Shown piece after piece: positions 21,038-30,574 of a DNA stretch of 64,000 nucleotides (positions are counted from its first letter, which is position 1; each line of letters starts with the position of its first letter). A program made the position numbers and the translations under genes. The stretch lies in the NCBI GenBank assembly GCA_964524185.1, contig CAZGCI010000010.1:520-64519 (forward strand). The letters are read 5' to 3'. Under the pieces are notes generated by a model. The model saw nothing but the letters and a program-made list of their open reading frames with translations. It did not search any database and was not told the DNA's origin. Source of the stretch: an uncultured Thiohalocapsa sp. Lineage in GTDB: Bacteria > Pseudomonadota > Gammaproteobacteria > Chromatiales > Chromatiaceae.

Positions 21038-22186
21038 ATGTCTGCACCACCGACCCTAGCCATCTTTCTGCCTTCCCTGGCCGGTGGCGGGGCCGAGCGC
21101 ATGATGATCAACCTGGCCTCAGGCGCGCTCGCCGCAGGCGTGGCGGTAGACCTTCTCTGCGCCGATGCGACCGGCCCTTACTTGCACCAGATTCCGCCCG
21201 GCTGCCGGCTGGTGGACTTCAAGGCGGCCAGGGTGCTGTGGGCTCTGCCGAAACTGGCGCTATGGCTGCGCCGGCACCGGCCGACTGTGCTGCTCGCGGC
21301 AATGGATCACGCCAATCTCGTGGCGATCTGGGCGCGCCAGCTGGCTCGGCCGCAACCGCCCTTGCGGCTCGCCGTGAGCGTCCGCAGCCAGCTTTCGATT
21401 GCAGCGGCCAATGAAACCAGCCTGAGAGGCCGGACGCTGCCTTGGCTGGCACGGCACTTCTACCCGCAGGCGGACATGGTCATCGCCGTTTCCGAGGGCG
21501 TGGCTGACGATCTGGCTGACTGCCTAGGGCTGCGCCGCGAACTCATGGCCGTGGTTCCGAATCCGGTTGTCAGCGACGACATCCAGGCCCTAGCCGCGGA
21601 GCCATTGGAGCACCCCTGGTTCGCGGCCGACGCACCGCCGGTTCTGCTTGCAGCCGGACGGCTAACCGCACAGAAGGATTTTCCCACGCTGCTGCGGGCC
21701 TTCGCTTGCCTAATGCCGCAGCGTGATCTGCGGCTGATCATCCTTGGCGAGGGGCCCGATCGCGCGTTACTGCAGGCCGAAATCCAGGCACTCGGCCTCA
21801 GTCATCGGGTTGCGATGCCCGGTTTTGATCCGAACCCCTTCCGCTACCTGGCGCGTGCCCGCGTCTTCGTCCTGTCGTCAGCGTGGGAGGGCCTGCCCGG
21901 GGTCCTGATCCAGGCCATGGCCTGCGGTACGCCGGTTGTCAGCACGGACTGTCCCTCTGGACCACGCGAGATCCTCGAGGATGGTCGCCTCGGGCCGTTG
22001 GTGCCAGTCGGTGATGCACCGGCATTGGCGGCTGCGATCGCCCGGACTCTGGATGACGCGCCAACGACAGCGGTGCTGAAGGCACGTGCGGCGCAGTACA
22101 GCCTGGCCCCGGTCACTCGTCGCTATCTCTCTGCGCTCGGCCTCGTCGAGGATGAGCACACGCCCGCATCCAGCACGATCCCATGA
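21038..22186 (+). CDS. Glycosyltransferase family 4 (GT-B)
   Basis: LAIFLPSLAGGGAERMMINLA N-terminus and SSAWEGLPGVLIQAMACGTPVVSTDCPSGPRE motif. Confidence 0.85.
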   Translation: MSAPPTLAIFLPSLAGGGAERMMINLASGALAAGVAVDLLCADATGPYLHQIPPGCRLVDFKAARVLWALPKLALWLRRHRPTVLLAAMDHANLVAIWARQLARPQPPLRLAVSVRSQLSIAAANETSLRGRTLPWLARHFYPQADMVIAVSEGVADDLADCLGLRRELMAVVPNPVVSDDIQALAAEPLEHPWFAADAPPVLLAAGRLTAQKDFPTLLRAFACLMPQRDLRLIILGEGPDRALLQAEIQALGLSHRVAMPGFDPNPFRYLARARVFVLSSAWEGLPGVLIQAMACGTPVVSTDCPSGPREILEDGRLGPLVPVGDAPALAAAIARTLDDAPTTAVLKARAAQYSLAPVTRRYLSALGLVEDEHTPASSTIP

Positions 22187-22350
22187 GAACGCCGATGACC
22201 TTGGCTTGGCGTGAAAGATCCGGGACCTCCGCACGCTCGGCACAGGAGTCCATGCTTGCTTCGTCACGGCGCCCGATAGCCCAGGCTTCGAAAGAATCAT
22301 GCGCAAATCTCCCTCGACCAACTTCCAGGCGACCATCGGGGCGACGCCTA

Positions 22351-23037
22351 ATGGATGAGAACCTTTTCTTTCGTCTGGCCCGTAGCGAGGGTTTCGACCT
22401 GCCAAAGACAATCAGAATCCTTGACTTCGGCTGCGGCAAAGGCGCTTTCGTTAACCAATGCTTAGCCGCGGGATACGATGCTTGGGGATGCGATCTAACC
22501 ATCGACAACGACCAGGCGCGGCTGAAGACGATCCGAGAACCCTACGCGCTGCCTTTCGCGGATGATACCTTCGACTTCATCGTCAGCCACCAGGTCTTCG
22601 AGCACGTCCAACATCCCGAGGTTGCCTGTCGAGAGCTCGCCCGGATTCTGCGCCCGGGTGGGCTTTCCATCCACGTATTCCCATCGCGTTACCGCCTCAT
22701 CGAACCTCACGTTTACGTGCCGCTGGCCTCGTTTTATCAGCCGTCTTGGTGGTTATGGCTCTGGGCGAAGCTCGGCGTGAGAAACGAGTATCAGGCCGGT
22801 CTTTCGTCGCGGGATGTGTATGAGCGCAATCGCGCTTTCCTGTGCGACGAGACGAACTATCTGCATCGAAGAGACATACGCCGCACGTTCGCCTGCTCTT
22901 TTGCTGAAGTCCGCTTCATCGAACGCCGTTTGATGGAGACCTCGGCGCGCATTCCCGAGTGCTGCAAGACGCTGATGGGCTCCCCGTTAGCCAGAATCTA
23001 CAGGGCGTTCTATCAGCGGATCGTTCTGGCCAAGTGA
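22351..23037 (+). CDS. Class I SAM-dependent methyltransferase
   Basis: ATG 22351. ILDFGCGKGAF (motif I) and FDFIVSHQVFEHV ... LRPGG. Confidence 0.8.
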   Translation: MDENLFFRLARSEGFDLPKTIRILDFGCGKGAFVNQCLAAGYDAWGCDLTIDNDQARLKTIREPYALPFADDTFDFIVSHQVFEHVQHPEVACRELARILRPGGLSIHVFPSRYRLIEPHVYVPLASFYQPSWWLWLWAKLGVRNEYQAGLSSRDVYERNRAFLCDETNYLHRRDIRRTFACSFAEVRFIERRLMETSARIPECCKTLMGSPLARIYRAFYQRIVLAK

Positions 23038-23214
23038 AGTGTCAGTAAACCTTACGGAAGCAGGCCCAGAGAGGCCAACGCGTACGCCGTGTTTTCGTTT
23101 TTTTTTGGCCTCGCTTACAACTCCGCCAAGACCCGCCATAGCGCAGAGATTCGAGAGACCGCGGAAGAAACCCTGGCGTCAGGGCTGCAAGGGCTACCGC
23201 TGCAAGAGGGCACC

Positions 23215-24066
23215 ATGGCCAATCCAAGTAAAACCGACCAACACAGCCCCACCAGAGCGAGCCTGCGACCGCCGCTCGGTGCGGCAGCGCTCATGGCAGG
23301 CGGGTTGATGCTGGTGGCGTCCCTCTATCCTTTTCTTTGGCAGCTCCCTGACCTGCATGCCGGTGCCACGAGCGGATATCCGGGTTACACCCATGCAGTC
23401 GATCCACCACTATCGGGATGGGAGGATGATCGCCTAGTCATTCGTCCAGACGAGTCGGCCATCCAGTTCGCGCAACGTGCGACAGAAAAGATTCACCAAG
23501 CAACCTATCACTGCGCCACAGTATACGATACACACTGGCTCTCCACGTTGCTTGCACAAACAAACATTTTGCGCTTCAGGGAGCTAGGGGTATTGAGCGC
23601 AAAACACTTCCGCTGCGGTTGGTGCTCACAGCGGGCCTACATCCTCGACCGTCAACTGCGGCATGCAGGCATCGATTCTGGGCTACTCGGCTTGCACGGC
23701 CATGTTGTGACGCTGTTCAACATTGACGATGCAGTGTATATCGCTGATCCAGATTATGGGGTGGGTCCGTTTCAGATCGACCCAAATAGCGAAGAGCACA
23801 TGTCGCAGGCCGTGAGCCAATACTACGGTTTTCTCACGCAAGCAATGCAAGACGAGGTCAAGCGTGCATATGCTGACATCTCGAATGACGAACCTTACTA
23901 CTCCGCGGTAGAGCTCGATCAAGCGGCAGATCGCCAGCAGCGCTTTTTGGACGCGGCGGAGCGCTACAAGTATCTCTTGCCCCCGATAGCGCTGGCGCTC
24001 CTTCTAAGCGGGTTTTATCTGCTGCGCGGCGCCCGTTCGGCGGCTACTGATTCCGGTCTGCCCTGA
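23215..24066 (+). CDS. Hypothetical membrane-anchored protein with a possible Cys/His/Asp (transglutaminase- or papain-like) core
   Basis: ATG 23215. N- and C-terminal hydrophobic helices. CGWCSQRA ... HGHVVTLF ... IADPDYG spacing. Lower-GC segment. Confidence 0.5.
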   Translation: MANPSKTDQHSPTRASLRPPLGAAALMAGGLMLVASLYPFLWQLPDLHAGATSGYPGYTHAVDPPLSGWEDDRLVIRPDESAIQFAQRATEKIHQATYHCATVYDTHWLSTLLAQTNILRFRELGVLSAKHFRCGWCSQRAYILDRQLRHAGIDSGLLGLHGHVVTLFNIDDAVYIADPDYGVGPFQIDPNSEEHMSQAVSQYYGFLTQAMQDEVKRAYADISNDEPYYSAVELDQAADRQQRFLDAAERYKYLLPPIALALLLSGFYLLRGARSAATDSGLP

Positions 24067-24086
24067 GTGCTGTACCGAGCAAAGCG

Positions 24087-26033
24087 TCAGTGGATCGCCG
24101 GCCGCCAGCGCCGCCGCCAGGCCTGGAACATCAGGATGACCCAGAGCCGGTACTGCCAGTCCACCCGCCCAGTCAGGTGCTCGGCCCAGAGCGCCCGGAT
24201 GGGGCCAGGCGCGAGCAGGCCATCCTCCGCCAGTGCGCGCTCGGACAAGAGGTCTTCGGCCCACTCACGCAGCGGGCCCCGCAGCCACTCGTCCACCGGC
24301 ACGCCGAAGCCCATCTTCGGGCGCTCGATGAGCGCCCTTGGCACGTAGCGAAACAGGAGCTGCCTGAGCAGCCACTTGGTCTCGCCGTCGCGCACTTTGA
24401 ACCGTTGCGGCAGGCGCCAAGCGAATTCCACGACGCGATGATCCAACAGCGGCACCCGAGCCTCCAAGCTCACGGCCATGCTCGCCCGGTCCACCTTGGT
24501 GAGGATGTCGTCGGGCAGATAGGTGAGCATGTCCACGAGCTGCATGCGATCTGTGAGGTCCGGCAGCGCGGCGTGGGTCTCGTTCCGCCAGAGGGGCGAC
24601 TCCGGCTCCGTACTGCCCGGTACCAATTTCGCCGGGTCCGGCCATTGTGCTACCAGTTCACGGTAGAGCTTGAGCTCCATCGTCGGGTCCAACAGCATCG
24701 CCGCCCGCGCAGCCCGGTCACCGAGCAGCCGGCCGCCGCGACCGGCGGTGAGTAACCGGCCGAGCCCGGCGTACCATGCCGGCGGGACCGTGCGCAGACC
24801 GGTCGCAAGCCCCCGGCGCAGCCCGGGCCGCAGCCCCTGCACCCGCCCGAGCAACTGCCGAGCGCGCGCATAGCGGTTGTAGCCGGCGAAGAGCTCGTCG
24901 CCCCCGTCACCAGAGAGGGCGACGGTGACATGCTGGCGGGTCAGCTCGGAGACGAGAAAGGTCGGGATCTGCGAGCTGTCGGCGAAGGGCTCGTCGTACC
25001 ACTCGGGGATATCTGGGATCACCTCCAACGCGTGGCCTGGCTCGACGTACAGCTCGTGGTGCTCGGTGCCCAGGTGTGCCGCGACCCGCCGGGCGTGCTC
25101 CGCCTCGTTGTAGCGGGCTTCGTGAAAGCCGATGGAGTAGGTCTTCACCGGCCGCGCGCTCTGGGCCTGCATCAGCGCCACCACCAGGGAAGAGTCGATG
25201 CCGCCGGACAAGAAGGCGCCGAGCGGCACGTCCGCCAGCATGCGCCGGCGCACCGCGTCCCGCAGCAGGGTGTCGAGCTGGTCGGCGGCCTGGCCATCAT
25301 CCAGGTCCAGCGGGTCGGCGACAGCGGCGGCGGCGATGCCCTGCAGAGTCCAGTAGCAGCGTTCGTTCACGCGCCCGCCGCTGTCGATCACAACCATGTG
25401 CCCAGGCGACAATTGGCGCACGTTGTGATAGATACTGCGCGGCGCGGGCACATACCCGTAGCGCAGGTAGGCGGCAAGGCTGTCGCGGTCCAGTTCCCCA
25501 CGCCAGGCCGGATGCTGCGCCAGGCTGCGCGGCTGCGAGCCGAACAGCACCACGTCACCGAAGCGCCCGTAGTACAGCGGCTTGATACCGACGCGGTCGC
25601 GCATCAGCGTCAGCGTGCGCTCCTCCCGATCCCACAGCGCGATGGCGAACATACCGATGAACCGCTCCACCGCGCGCGCCGCGCCCCAGGCAGCACAAGC
25701 CTCGAGGACCACTTCGGTGTCGGAATGGCCGCGAAACCGCACCCCTCTAGCAGCGAGCTCAGGGCGCAGGTCGTCGCTATTGTATACCTCACCGTTAAAG
25801 ACGATCATGTAGCGCCCGTCTGCGGAGGCCATGGGCTGTCGTCCCGCCGCCGTGAGATCCCGGATCGCGAGCCGTCTGAAGCCGATTGCTATGCCCGCAC
25901 CAGCGTCCACCCAGGTATGTTCGTCGTCAGGACCACGGGGTGTCACTGAGGCGGTCATGCACCGGACCCTACGCTCTGCCTCCGAGGTAACGAGCAAAGC
26001 GGTTGGATCCAAAAAACCGGCGAAGCCACACAT
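24087..26033 (-). CDS. asnB: Asparagine synthase (glutamine-hydrolysing) family amidotransferase
   Basis: MCGFAGF N-terminal nucleophile Cys2. SGGIDSS PP-loop. 648 aa, full length. Confidence 0.9.
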   Translation of the reverse strand: MCGFAGFLDPTALLVTSEAERRVRCMTASVTPRGPDDEHTWVDAGAGIAIGFRRLAIRDLTAAGRQPMASADGRYMIVFNGEVYNSDDLRPELAARGVRFRGHSDTEVVLEACAAWGAARAVERFIGMFAIALWDREERTLTLMRDRVGIKPLYYGRFGDVVLFGSQPRSLAQHPAWRGELDRDSLAAYLRYGYVPAPRSIYHNVRQLSPGHMVVIDSGGRVNERCYWTLQGIAAAAVADPLDLDDGQAADQLDTLLRDAVRRRMLADVPLGAFLSGGIDSSLVVALMQAQSARPVKTYSIGFHEARYNEAEHARRVAAHLGTEHHELYVEPGHALEVIPDIPEWYDEPFADSSQIPTFLVSELTRQHVTVALSGDGGDELFAGYNRYARARQLLGRVQGLRPGLRRGLATGLRTVPPAWYAGLGRLLTAGRGGRLLGDRAARAAMLLDPTMELKLYRELVAQWPDPAKLVPGSTEPESPLWRNETHAALPDLTDRMQLVDMLTYLPDDILTKVDRASMAVSLEARVPLLDHRVVEFAWRLPQRFKVRDGETKWLLRQLLFRYVPRALIERPKMGFGVPVDEWLRGPLREWAEDLLSERALAEDGLLAPGPIRALWAEHLTGRVDWQYRLWVILMFQAWRRRWRPAIH

Positions 26034-26275
26034 TCAGAAAACCTCCAATACGCATGTTCTCCCGCACAACCCGCTGGGCGACGATGAAGCGCCAACCTTA
26101 CAGATCACGCCAAATTGATATCGACACATTCCACCCGCTTCCGGTAAAGCCTGCAGTCGGCCGCGACGAGACGCACGTGAGTGCCCGTTCCCAAGACCCC
26201 ACGCGAAACATGATCCCATAGGTCCCGCGGTATGCGCCGCCGCATCGAGCACATTGCCTGACAATAGACGCCACT

Positions 26276-28405
26276 ATGGAACTATCTGCCCGCCCCACCC
26301 GGGAAGGCTCCCATCACTCCGCGAGCAACGACTCAGTCTCCTCAGATCCAAGGATCGCTGCAGCGTTGGAGTGGTGCAAAGCCAAAGGCATCGATGACTT
26401 GACGGTCGCGGCACCGGACGCGCTCTCGGGAAGCCAACTGAAGGCATTGCTGGAGCAACCCAACGTTACGAGTGCAATAACCGTAGACGCACTCCCCGAC
26501 CGCACCGAAGACAACCGCGTCGGCGCGTTTTTGCCATCCGACTACACCTGGCGACTACCAGTCGTCCGGGGCCAACGTATCGTATACATCGGCGGCCGGG
26601 AGACCATCACCGCCCGTATGATACGCGCAGCGTTCGCGGGAGGAGTCAAGAGTCTCATCTATTGGAACGTTGACAGCTGGACACATAGATCCGTCAACAC
26701 ACTTGCGTTCCACAAGGTAGCGAGCAAACTCTTAGGAATAACCCAAACGGGCTACTGCTTCGTCCAAGACCTACTCGCCGGTACCCTAGAGTCTTTGCGT
26801 TCAACCGCAAACGCCACACCTGCACTACGAAACATAGCGCCGGCAGTCATCGCAAGAACTCGTAATTGGTCCGCAACTACCCAACGGCGGATTCTTGTTG
26901 GGGAAGCAGAACTCCGACGTCTTATCGGCATGCCTCCCCTTCACGAGGCAGCGCACTCGGCACCCGGTTCACTCCCAAGCCCCGAACTCCTCTCCTCCAC
27001 ACTATTTAGCGCAAGACTACTGCAAACCCCAAATAGCCGCCGTCTTCAGCGCTTATTGCGCACTAACAGACTCCGGTTGGACGCCACCTATGAACGACGG
27101 CTGCCACGAATCGTTATGGCATGCCCTACGCTGGTCGCGGGCGGAGCGGAGCGGCAGATTGTCAATACAGCCATCGGTCTTCGCCGAAGCTTCGAAGCCG
27201 ACGTCACGGTCCTAGTGAGTCACCTATTTTCGCCCCCGGGTAACGACTTCTTCTACCAGGAACTGCAGGCCGCCGGCGTAAACGTCCGGGAAGTCCAATC
27301 GCCGACAACCTCTGCCGACACTTGGATTCGATATCAGACGCCCGCAACCGCAACCCAGCTCCGGGAATTGCGTCAACTGCTGCGGGGTTTGCCACCAGCT
27401 CTCACCCAGGAAGTGACCAATGTATACCTGATGCTGAGCGACTTACGCCCGACCGTACTCCACGCCTGGCTAGATCATAGCTCCGTATGCGCCGGCTTAG
27501 CGGCGCTGCTGGCGGGCGTACCCCGCGTCATACTGTCCGGCCGCAACGTCAGCCCGCAGCATTTCTCATACATCCTACAACCGTACATGCGCCCTGCCTA
27601 CCGCGCTATGGCCAAACGCGGAGAGGTCTACTTTGTGAATAACAGTCACGGCGGGGCCCAAGATTACGCCCGGTGGCTAGGCCTCGATGAGACCCGGTTC
27701 CAGATCATATACAACGGAGTTACTCCCGATCACGTTAAAACGGTTCCAGCAGCGAAAGTATCCGGTCTCCGGCGTCGACACGGCATTCCCGAAGATGCCC
27801 TGCTAGTTGGCGGGATGTTTAGGTTGTCCGCAGAAAAACGGCCGCTATTGTGGGTCGAAACGGTCACGGCGGTAGCCTCGAAACGTCCGAATGTTTTTGG
27901 AATAATCTTCGGCGCCGGCCCAATGCTAGGTGAATTACAAGCTGAAATCGCGCGGCACGGAATGGGAAAGCGCATTATCCTTGCAGCCCCGATAAAGGAC
28001 AGCGTAACGGCTATAGCGGCCTTTGACATCCTGCTACTGACGTCGCGCTGGGAGGGTACTCCTAACGTCGCCATTGAGGCCCAGGCCATCGGAACGCCCG
28101 TCGTCGTCTCAGGCGGAGGCGGAGCTGCCGAGGCACTCGAACATGGAAAAACCGGCATATTCGTTGATCACGCCGATTACCCAACCTTAGCTGAACAAGT
28201 CCTTCGACTGGCGGATGATCAAGCTCTGCGGGCACAACTCGGAGCCAATGGGCCTGCCTTTGTCAACTCCCGCTTCGGCCTTGCCCGCATGTTACAGGAG
28301 ACGTGGGCTCTATACGGCCTCCCCTGCGCGGAACCTCAAGCTACTCCCAAAGCTCGCGCCGACCGGTACATTAACCCTTCCCACTCGCAGAGATCCAAAT
28401 CGTGA
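26276..28405 (+). CDS. Glycosyltransferase family 4 with a ~290-aa N-terminal domain of unknown function
   Basis: GT4 region begins RIVMACPTLVAGGAERQ and ends TSRWEGTPNVAIEAQAIGTPVVVSGGGGAAE. The N-terminal third matched nothing recognised. Confidence 0.8.
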   Translation: MELSARPTREGSHHSASNDSVSSDPRIAAALEWCKAKGIDDLTVAAPDALSGSQLKALLEQPNVTSAITVDALPDRTEDNRVGAFLPSDYTWRLPVVRGQRIVYIGGRETITARMIRAAFAGGVKSLIYWNVDSWTHRSVNTLAFHKVASKLLGITQTGYCFVQDLLAGTLESLRSTANATPALRNIAPAVIARTRNWSATTQRRILVGEAELRRLIGMPPLHEAAHSAPGSLPSPELLSSTLFSARLLQTPNSRRLQRLLRTNRLRLDATYERRLPRIVMACPTLVAGGAERQIVNTAIGLRRSFEADVTVLVSHLFSPPGNDFFYQELQAAGVNVREVQSPTTSADTWIRYQTPATATQLRELRQLLRGLPPALTQEVTNVYLMLSDLRPTVLHAWLDHSSVCAGLAALLAGVPRVILSGRNVSPQHFSYILQPYMRPAYRAMAKRGEVYFVNNSHGGAQDYARWLGLDETRFQIIYNGVTPDHVKTVPAAKVSGLRRRHGIPEDALLVGGMFRLSAEKRPLLWVETVTAVASKRPNVFGIIFGAGPMLGELQAEIARHGMGKRIILAAPIKDSVTAIAAFDILLLTSRWEGTPNVAIEAQAIGTPVVVSGGGGAAEALEHGKTGIFVDHADYPTLAEQVLRLADDQALRAQLGANGPAFVNSRFGLARMLQETWALYGLPCAEPQATPKARADRYINPSHSQRSKS

Positions 28406-29541
28406 CTGCAGACCACGTACGCTTCGGCTTCGGAAAAAACTGGGCTGATTTTGTAGACGCTCATCTCAACGAAGAGCGCATCGCTAGGGCAGAAAAACAC
28501 CTGCTTCGATTCCTGCGCCTAGACAACCTATCGGGCAAGACCTTCTTGGATATCGGTTGCGGCAGTGGGTTGCATTCCCTCGCGGCACTCCGCGCGGGCG
28601 CAAAAAGAATCGTCTCATTCGATTACGATTTTGATTCTGTCGCGACGACTGAGCATCTGCGTCAATTCGCAGGAGCTCCTGCACATTGGCAGGTCCTACA
28701 AGGCTCGGTCTTAGACGAAGCCTTTATGCGAAGCCTTGCTTCAGCAGACATAATTTATAGCTGGGGTGTCCTTCACCACACCGGGGATCTGTGGCGAGCG
28801 ATAGAAAACGCGGCGATGACAATGTTGCCGGATAGTGTATTCTATATCGCCCTATACAGTAGTGATGTTTACCTCGACCCACCTCCCGAGTATTGGCTCG
28901 ATGTCAAGCGACGGTACAATGTGGCCGGCCCATTGAAAAAACGCCTCATGGAGTGGCAATACGCCTGGCGGGAGACCATCCTGCCGGATCTACGGCATGG
29001 TCGCAACCCGCTGAAGTTGATACTGGGTTATGCTGCCTCACGGGGAATGTCGTATTGGACCGATGTGCGTGATTGGCTAGGAGGCTACCCGATGGAATTC
29101 GCCGGAAACGAGGAGACCAAGGCGTTCTGTCGGGATCGGCTCAAACTTGAGTTAATCAACATTTCCGCCGGCGAGGGAAACACCGAGTTCCTTTTCAGGC
29201 GCCGAGGCGCCCAAAACTACTGGGATGAGGTCCGCGCAGGCACGCGCTTGATCGAACTTCACGGCCCGTTCTTGCATCGCGAGGGTCAGGCGTATGAGGC
29301 CCAGATTCCAGAGTTCATTGAAAGTGCGGATAACACTCAACATCCGCGGCGCTCTCGCTTGATGCTGTACGAGGATGGGAAGCCAGTGGGTTTCGCTCAT
29401 CAAACTATTGCAAATATCGAGCGTCACGGTAACGGACGGTACTCTCACTGGAAAGAACAGCTCATTTTCTCCAGTACCGACGGCAGCGATCCGAATACCA
29501 ACGGTCGGTGTTACGCCATTGCCGAGGATGTCTTGCCATAG
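28402..29541 (+). CDS. Class I SAM-dependent methyltransferase with a C-terminal extension
   Basis: GTGA overlap with the upstream gene. FLDIGCGSGLHS motif I and IIYSWGVLHHTGD. Confidence 0.8.
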   Translation: MTADHVRFGFGKNWADFVDAHLNEERIARAEKHLLRFLRLDNLSGKTFLDIGCGSGLHSLAALRAGAKRIVSFDYDFDSVATTEHLRQFAGAPAHWQVLQGSVLDEAFMRSLASADIIYSWGVLHHTGDLWRAIENAAMTMLPDSVFYIALYSSDVYLDPPPEYWLDVKRRYNVAGPLKKRLMEWQYAWRETILPDLRHGRNPLKLILGYAASRGMSYWTDVRDWLGGYPMEFAGNEETKAFCRDRLKLELINISAGEGNTEFLFRRRGAQNYWDEVRAGTRLIELHGPFLHREGQAYEAQIPEFIESADNTQHPRRSRLMLYEDGKPVGFAHQTIANIERHGNGRYSHWKEQLIFSSTDGSDPNTNGRCYAIAEDVLP

Positions 29542-29722
29542 TTTTCGCCTTGGCCATGCGACATCCCTGCTCGGTGACGCCCCCGTCTTTCCGTCCGACA
29601 TTTTTTTGGGCTTGCGCCCCCACCTTATCGTGTGACGAACCGCCGCTGCGATAAGCGCGGTAGAACCGCTTCGCGCTATTAAGGCGCCTAGGGCGTTACC
29701 AATTGTTTTCGTTGCCGCCAAA

Positions 29723-30574
29723 ATGCCGCTTACTCCTTTACAAGCTAATCACCACTTCCTGGCTTTCTGGCAGCTCGTCGTGCTTTTGAGTCGATACCGG
29801 CAGCTCACGTGGGAGATGACTAAACGTGAGGTCTCTGAACGGTACGCGGGACAAGTTCTTGGAACGCTCTGGGCAGTGGGCCATCCAGTTCTCTTGATGG
29901 CCCTGTACGTCTTCGTGTTCGCCTTCGTCTTTCCTACGCGTCTTGGCCTAGGCGACGACCTGCCCCGGAGTTACGTGCTGTATATACTCGCTGGTCTAAT
30001 TCCTTGGATCACGTTTGCTGATGCAATGAACAAGTCGACAGCTGTGATCATAGGCAACGCGAGTCTAGTGAAGCAAGTTGCGTTTCCACTCGAGATCCTA
30101 CCGGTCAAGGTCATTTTCGCCGCGTTCGTCACACAGCTTGTTGCGACGCCTTTGCTTTTGTTCTACGCGGTGGCTGTCGACCCGCAAGGGCTGCCGTGGA
30201 GCGCCCTTGCGCTTCCTGTGCTGTTCGGGTTTCAGCTCTTGGCCATGATTGGGGTCGCCTACCTATTGGCATCAATAACTGTTTTTGTGCGGGATCTGCG
30301 GGAGCTGGTACAGGTTTTCACGACCGCTGGTCTTTTCCTGGCACCCATTCTTTTTTTGCCTTCTTGGCTTGAGACTGCCTGGAAGCCTTTGCTTTGGGTA
30401 CTCTATGTGAATCCATTCAGTCATCTGGTCTGGTGCTATCAAGACATTCTGTACTTCGGGCGCATCAGCCATCCAATTTCGTGGATTTTTTTTATTCCAT
30501 TTAGTCTCGGGACCTTTTACGCGGGATACCGCGTTTTCCGCAAACTCAAGACCCTCTTCGGAGATATGTTGTGA
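29723..30574 (+). CDS. wzm: ABC-2 type polysaccharide export permease (Wzm)
   Basis: 283 aa with 6 hydrophobic segments. ABC-2 signature region SERYAGQVLGTLWAVGHP. Translationally coupled to the ATPase gene. Confidence 0.85.
   Translation: MPLTPLQANHHFLAFWQLVVLLSRYRQLTWEMTKREVSERYAGQVLGTLWAVGHPVLLMALYVFVFAFVFPTRLGLGDDLPRSYVLYILAGLIPWITFADAMNKSTAVIIGNASLVKQVAFPLEILPVKVIFAAFVTQLVATPLLLFYAVAVDPQGLPWSALALPVLFGFQLLAMIGVAYLLASITVFVRDLRELVQVFTTAGLFLAPILFLPSWLETAWKPLLWVLYVNPFSHLVWCYQDILYFGRISHPISWIFFIPFSLGTFYAGYRVFRKLKTLFGDML

Noticed and set aside
21142-21149. Additional GGCGGTAG ops-core 8-mers at 21142 and 51780 (+), and the near-match GGCGGATAGCGA at 61856.
   Set aside because: An 8-mer of this composition is expected several times by chance in 64 kb of GC-rich DNA. 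These copies lack the downstream nnTG or contain an insertion, and 21142 is inside a coding region.
23060-23110. Possible intrinsic terminator after the methyltransferase gene (GAGGCCAA...TTGGCCTC with a T-run at 23093-23105).
   Set aside because: The T-run lies inside the putative loop rather than after a tight GC stem, so the geometry does not fit a canonical Rho-independent terminator. It is noted only as an A/T-rich junction of the low-GC cassette.
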